Virus record (IMG/VR): IMGVR_UViG_3300031994_000073 | Length of the DNA stretch: 20,000 bases | From: an uncultured virus (IMG/VR IMGVR_UViG_3300031994_000073) | Lineage: Duplodnaviria; Heunggongvirae; Uroviricota; Caudoviricetes | Direction: 5' to 3' (one strand) | The notes under the pieces: generated by a model | The model's database searches: none | What the model was told of the DNA's origin: nothing | What the model saw: the letters and a program-made list of their open reading frames with translations, nothing else | Program-made: the position numbers and the translations under genes | Shown here: one piece after another, positions 16,103 to 20,000 of the stretch | How positions within the stretch are numbered: position 1 is the first letter of the stretch | How the letters are laid out: each line of letters opens with the position of its first letter

Positions 16103-17005
16103 TTATTCACGCTGCAAATCAGCTAGATCATTGTACCATTCGTAAATGTCAGCGATAGGAACAGTCTTGACGTGGCCATCGTCGTCTTGAACAGTTACAA
16201 GCTGGTCACCAGTAAGGCAGTTAAATTCCTGCTCGAAGAATCGCTTACCGTTATCTCGGATAACTCTTTCCTTCCAAGCTTCATCACGGCCTTCAATTTC
16301 GTACCACTGAACTTTACAAGGAATGAATGAATTTCTACCAGCCTTGGCCTTTTGCCAGATGTCGTAGAAGTGGTTCATACCCTTAGGCGTTGAAATAAGC
16401 AACAACATCGAGTCAGGACGCGAAGACTGCGTCGGGAAAACTGAAAGCATGAATGCGTCAGCAACGTTGTCATCAAGGTGAGCAAACTCGTCCACTAGTT
16501 CAAGGTCAACGGTCTTACCACGGATTGATGAAGATGAAGATGCAGCAGAGAACATTCGGCACTTATTTTCAAGAATGATCTCGCCTTGGTTCCACTTCAT
16601 AATGCCTTGCTGCAGCCAAAGCGGAAGGTTCATGTACGCCTGCTGAATACGGAGCATAATTTCGTTTGCCTGTTCTGCCTTGTTTGCAAGAATCGCAATC
16701 GTCTTTGACTTATTGAACAGTGCGAACCATGTAAGATAGAGGGTAGCTATAGTAGTCTTACCTGACTGACGACCCATCATAATGATTCGGTTGTTCTTTT
16801 CAGGAACTTTCATCGTAATCGCTTTTACCAATCGTTCCTGATATTCACGCAATTTAATTGGGTGTTCACCATCGGCTGCGATAATAGTAAAGTACTTCGC
16901 AAAGTGGAAGATCGAGTGCTTGCATTTCAAGTACTCCTGAAGTTGTTCTGGCGTCATCGGGATTCGTTCACCACCGCCACGCAAATTTTCGTTTCTCTTA
17001 AACAT
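16103..17005 (-). CDS. gp17: Terminase large subunit (gp17), N-terminal ATPase half fused to a split-intein N-fragment
   Basis: LREYQ adenine motif, Walker A GRQSGKT, Walker B LVDE, coupling motif STP, FEQEF; then intein block A CLTGD and stop. No nuclease domain. Confidence 0.93.
   Translation of the reverse strand: MFKRNENLRGGGERIPMTPEQLQEYLKCKHSIFHFAKYFTIIAADGEHPIKLREYQERLVKAITMKVPEKNNRIIMMGRQSGKTTIATLYLTWFALFNKSKTIAILANKAEQANEIMLRIQQAYMNLPLWLQQGIMKWNQGEIILENKCRMFSAASSSSSIRGKTVDLELVDEFAHLDDNVADAFMLSVFPTQSSRPDSMLLLISTPKGMNHFYDIWQKAKAGRNSFIPCKVQWYEIEGRDEAWKERVIRDNGKRFFEQEFNCLTGDQLVTVQDDDGHVKTVPIADIYEWYNDLADLQRE
16106..16219 (-). mobile_element. Atypical split intein N-fragment (TerL type), 38 aa
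   Basis: CLTGDQLVTVQDDDGHVKTVPIADIYEWYNDLADLQRE starts at Cys263 after extein QEFN; resembles the short Int-N of AceL-TerL/GOS-TerL/Cat inteins. Confidence 0.85.
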
Positions 17006-17028
17006 TCAAATCACCTCTTAATACAAAC

Positions 17029-17040
17029 TATTTATAAATA
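17029..17040. promoter_or_regulatory. Bidirectional overlapping late promoters (palindrome TATTTATAAATA)
   Basis: TATAAATA on plus at 17033-17040 and on minus at 17036-17029, between the divergent terL-N and 432-aa genes. Confidence 0.75.
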
Positions 17041-17046
17041 AATTGT

Positions 17047-18345
17047 ATGTTAGACAATCAGACATTTACAGAATACGCTAAAGGAAGCCTAGTCGAGTCA
17101 TTGTACGGCAATCGTTACAAGTTTTACCGAATGATTGACCACGAGCTAGAGCCTTTTGATAAGTCGTCAGAGGAATTTGAAGATCCATCGTCAAATATGG
17201 GCGATGACATTATCATCTTTAGAAGAAGCATTTATCGTTACATCAAGAAAGAACGATTGGCTGAAATTTGTGCTGCTTGTGGATTTCTTGCTAGCTTCCA
17301 TAAAAGCGATGTATGGATAACTCCTGATAACTTTTCGCCAGAAGATTCATTACATGATGACAATTTCGTATTTGATGAAAAGTCTGGACTTAGAGTTGCT
17401 TGGCACGTCAGTCCAATTGGCGACCTTGATGTCAAAGGCATTCGTTGCAGAAGCAGGGAAAAAGATCCTGACTTTGACATTTACCACGGACGAATTTATG
17501 TAATGTTTGATGAAGATTCTATTGACCACGCCAACACAATGGTCTCTAACGAGCATGATAGCCCAACTGGTCATACTTATCTTTATAAGATTCTTATTCC
17601 TAAAGGATATAAACTTTATCCTGACCCAACTACGCTTGATGGCGCATTTCTTGTAAACAACATTCCGCCTCAGTTCATTACAAAAGTTGAACGTGAAGAC
17701 TTTGATTATGAATGGAAAGAAGAATGGCGTCCAAAGAAAAAGAAAAAGAAAGAAGTTGACCCAATAAAGGCACTTATACGAAAAGCAAAAAACCTTAAAG
17801 AATTTGATGGAATAAAATTGGAGAGCACAATGAATGTAAACGATCTTAATCTCGATGAAGCAAATGACTGGACACCAAGTTCACGTGACATCAGAATGTT
17901 GAACCAAGGCCGTAAGCCTGCTTGGGCAAAGAAGGTCACTGAGCTTGGACCACGTCAAGTACGTAGAACCTCAAACGATCCTTCTGAACTCGCAATGCGA
18001 AGAGTTACAGAACCTGGGTACAAGAACCCATCTACTGAAAGCGACTTGAAGGCAGCAAGACAGTCTGCACTTCAGGAATATCAGAATATCGCAAAGGTTC
18101 TTGAAAAGAAGATAAATGCTCCTATCGGAGTTTCGCCTGACTGCGTGACTGTCAATACTCCTAACTGCCGTTACCTCATTTATAACCAAGGCTTTGAGTA
18201 CAAGATTAGAGCAATCTATAATGCAGTCAATCAGAAGTACTTTAAAGTAAAGACACTCGCCGAAGTCATCAATATCATCAATGAAGCAATCATGGCTTCA
18301 GAGGCAGTTTCAAAACTTCTTAAAGGCGAAGAAATTAACGAATAA
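17047..18345 (+). CDS. Multi-domain protein with ADP-ribosyltransferase-like (KptA/Tpt1-like) domain
   Basis: WHVSP....KGI...GRIYV...YLYKI.IP....YPDP....AF.VNNIPPQFI pattern; late promoter; FTE/LVE leader. Confidence 0.55.
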   Translation: MLDNQTFTEYAKGSLVESLYGNRYKFYRMIDHELEPFDKSSEEFEDPSSNMGDDIIIFRRSIYRYIKKERLAEICAACGFLASFHKSDVWITPDNFSPEDSLHDDNFVFDEKSGLRVAWHVSPIGDLDVKGIRCRSREKDPDFDIYHGRIYVMFDEDSIDHANTMVSNEHDSPTGHTYLYKILIPKGYKLYPDPTTLDGAFLVNNIPPQFITKVEREDFDYEWKEEWRPKKKKKKEVDPIKALIRKAKNLKEFDGIKLESTMNVNDLNLDEANDWTPSSRDIRMLNQGRKPAWAKKVTELGPRQVRRTSNDPSELAMRRVTEPGYKNPSTESDLKAARQSALQEYQNIAKVLEKKINAPIGVSPDCVTVNTPNCRYLIYNQGFEYKIRAIYNAVNQKYFKVKTLAEVINIINEAIMASEAVSKLLKGEEINE

Positions 18346-18367
18346 AATACACAGAAATCAAAACAAG

Positions 18368-18394
18368 AAAAAGCGGGCGAAAAACCCGCTTTTT
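18368..18394. terminator. Bidirectional rho-independent terminator
   Basis: aaaaagcggg-cgaaaaa-cccgcttttt. Confidence 0.85.
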
Positions 18395-18505
18395 GTGTAA
18401 TATTGACGATTTCCGTATAATTGACCGTATTTACGAATTTCGTAAGAATCTCGGACGAATTACACAAAAATGTGTAATAAAATGACGTTTTTTGACGAAA
18501 TTTAA
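18390..18505. repeat. Cluster of inverted and short direct repeats (GACG/TACG units)
   Basis: 12-bp inverted repeat 18390-18401/18459-18470; palindrome ttacgaa-t-ttcgtaa 18431-18445; tgtgtaata at 18394 and 18471. Confidence 0.6.
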
Positions 18506-18541
18506 GAATGGAAAATTAGGACTTTGCCTGAAATATACACT

Positions 18542-18569
18542 AAAAAGAGGGACACATCAGTGTCCCTCT
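18542..18569 (-). terminator. Rho-independent terminator for the right-hand minus-strand operon
   Basis: 10-bp stem agagggacac (18546-18555) / gtgtccctct (18560-18569) plus T-tract on minus. Confidence 0.85.
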
Positions 18570-18593
18570 CTGTTAGATAAAAATTGACAAAAA

Positions 18594-19202
18594 TTAAAGA
18601 ACTTTGCCTTCTTTCCAGTTAACGATGGAAGTGGAAAGAGCTACGCCTTCGCAACCGTCAATCAAGTTAATGCCAGTTGGATTCTTTACCCAGGCATAAC
18701 CAATTTCCCAAGCCTTGTCATATTGGTCTGCTTCAAGAATAGGCGAGTCAGACTGTGCTTCATCAAGATCGCGGTAGCTATCCATTTCTTCACGCATTTT
18801 CTTGAGGTAAAGGTCAGAATGAATTCTGCACTGTAAAGCAGCGCCTTGTGCTTTAATGATAGGAGTTGCAGGACCATCAAAGCATGAATGCGCAAGAAGC
18901 AAGTAGTCGCCGTTCTTTTCGTCAAATTCAAGAATGCTAGCAGCAAAGGCGCAAGATTCTTCTGTGTCAGAAACTTTGACTTCATCATATTCTTCTGGAT
19001 AGACGTAACGAAGTTCATTGTCTTTCCAGCCTGTGATATTATCAGTGAACTGTTCTTCTTCAACCTTGTAGTTCTTCAAGGTCTCTTCAATGATAGTCTT
19101 TGCTTCTGCAGGCGTGTCGCATGCTTTAACAAAGACAATCTTACCATAATGTGAGTCTGTGCCGTAATAGCACTGTGCATTAATAGCAGCAAGATATTTC
19201 AT
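18594..19202 (-). CDS. Hypothetical protein (possible internal duplication)
   Basis: 202-aa ORF, TAATG-coupled to the upstream 66-aa gene. Confidence 0.75.
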   Translation of the reverse strand: MKYLAAINAQCYYGTDSHYGKIVFVKACDTPAEAKTIIEETLKNYKVEEEQFTDNITGWKDNELRYVYPEEYDEVKVSDTEESCAFAASILEFDEKNGDYLLLAHSCFDGPATPIIKAQGAALQCRIHSDLYLKKMREEMDSYRDLDEAQSDSPILEADQYDKAWEIGYAWVKNPTGINLIDGCEGVALSTSIVNWKEGKVL

Positions 19203-19402
19203 TAGTCGCAGTCCTTGTTGATTTCATACTTAGGCAGCGGCGCAGCCGGTGTGTCAATGCGTTCAACTTTTGTGAACTTCGTGACGTCAACGTTTCGCAT
19301 ACCGAGCATAGCGATGGCCTTGGCTTCATCGTACTCTTCGTCGGTTGCATTTGCTGGGATTTCAAATTCCCTTGTGTAAGTGATGTTAATTCTGAACTTC
19401 AT
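19202..19402 (-). CDS. Small hypothetical protein
   Basis: 66-aa ORF with SD TAGGAG. Confidence 0.7.
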   Translation of the reverse strand: MKFRINITYTREFEIPANATDEEYDEAKAIAMLGMRNVDVTKFTKVERIDTPAAPLPKYEINKDCD

Positions 19403-19430
19403 AGGTTTCTCCTATTTTCTGTGTTTTTCT

Positions 19431-19928
19431 TTAACTTAAAATTTCCCAATCACTTCCGGCTGCTGAACTTCCGCAAAGCAAGTCATCATATCCTTCAGAG
19501 ACATAAACGCATTTGGCATTAAATGTCATGCCGCGGTATTGGATAGTTGTTACATCGCCCGGACGCCAATGTTCATCTTTTCTAGGAAAGAATGCTCGTC
19601 TGACTTTAGTCAAAAAGGTTGGATGTTCATCTTTCCAATATTTTTCACTGATTGAGATTTTCTGACCAATAAAAGCATGACGGGGAATCTTATTGTCTTT
19701 AATGCACTCACAAAGTTCCGACTCAGTAAGAGGCACTTGACATTCAAGGTAGCATCTTTCCATGTTATAGATTTCTACATTGAACCTATTCTTGTCAAAA
19801 TCAAAAGGCCGGAAACGAACCCATCGTCCGTCTTTTGTGTAACAGTCAAGATGACCGCCTCCGCAAGCTGCCTTTCTAATCAAAGTTCCAGTTGCTTCGT
19901 AAATTCTTTTTTGTAAATCAGTGTTCAT
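19431..19928 (-). CDS. Hypothetical protein
   Basis: 165-aa ORF with SD AAGGAG. Confidence 0.75.
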   Translation of the reverse strand: MNTDLQKRIYEATGTLIRKAACGGGHLDCYTKDGRWVRFRPFDFDKNRFNVEIYNMERCYLECQVPLTESELCECIKDNKIPRHAFIGQKISISEKYWKDEHPTFLTKVRRAFFPRKDEHWRPGDVTTIQYRGMTFNAKCVYVSEGYDDLLCGSSAAGSDWEILS

Positions 19929-19951
19929 TGGTTAAACTCCTTGTTAGTTCA

Positions 19952-19980
19952 AAAATAATAAAAAGGCGGAGTCTTGTAAA
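19952..19980 (-). promoter_or_regulatory. Putative sigma70-like early promoter TTTACA-N17-TATTTT
   Basis: Minus strand reads tttaca agactccgcctttttat tatttt, upstream of 19928. Confidence 0.45.
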
Positions 19981-20000
19981 CCCCACCTTTTCAAAATTTA

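Noticed and set aside
9..16126. Numerous plus-strand ORFs of 60-180 aa (e.g. 9..443, 3119..3637, 10372..10917)
   Set aside because: They are antisense shadows of well-supported minus-strand genes, with no SD and no recognisable motifs.
16103..16219. Terminase truncation as a simple frameshift or pseudogene
   Set aside because: The tail is a coherent intein block A at the known TerL insertion site, and the ORF track shows an intact gp53-like gene rather than a nuclease domain downstream.

Overview
20 kb of a large T4-like (myovirus-type, probably jumbo) phage genome, standard genetic code, almost all genes on the minus strand. It is mostly a rearranged late morphogenesis region. Recognisable genes are the 5' end of a gp19-like tail tube gene, portal gp20, a gp68-like prohead core protein, a GT-B glycosyltransferase, small terminase gp16, regA, baseplate gp25 and gp53-like proteins, two more tail-tube-fold paralogs, and several acidic proteins that look like head cargo. 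T4-type late promoters (TATAAATA/NATAAATA) recur throughout. Four highlights: (1) the large terminase gp17 is a fractured gene, with the ATPase domain fused to a 38-aa atypical split-intein N-fragment and no Int-C/nuclease half in the window; (2) an ORF-free, stem-rich segment at ~14470-14810 with its own promoter-like element, a candidate ncRNA of about 340 nt; (3) a late-promoter-driven ADP-ribosyltransferase-fold protein, possibly packaged, sharing a palindromic bidirectional promoter with the terminase; (4) a repeat- and palindrome-rich island between convergent terminators at 18390-18510. All family assignments come from motif recognition, not database searches.
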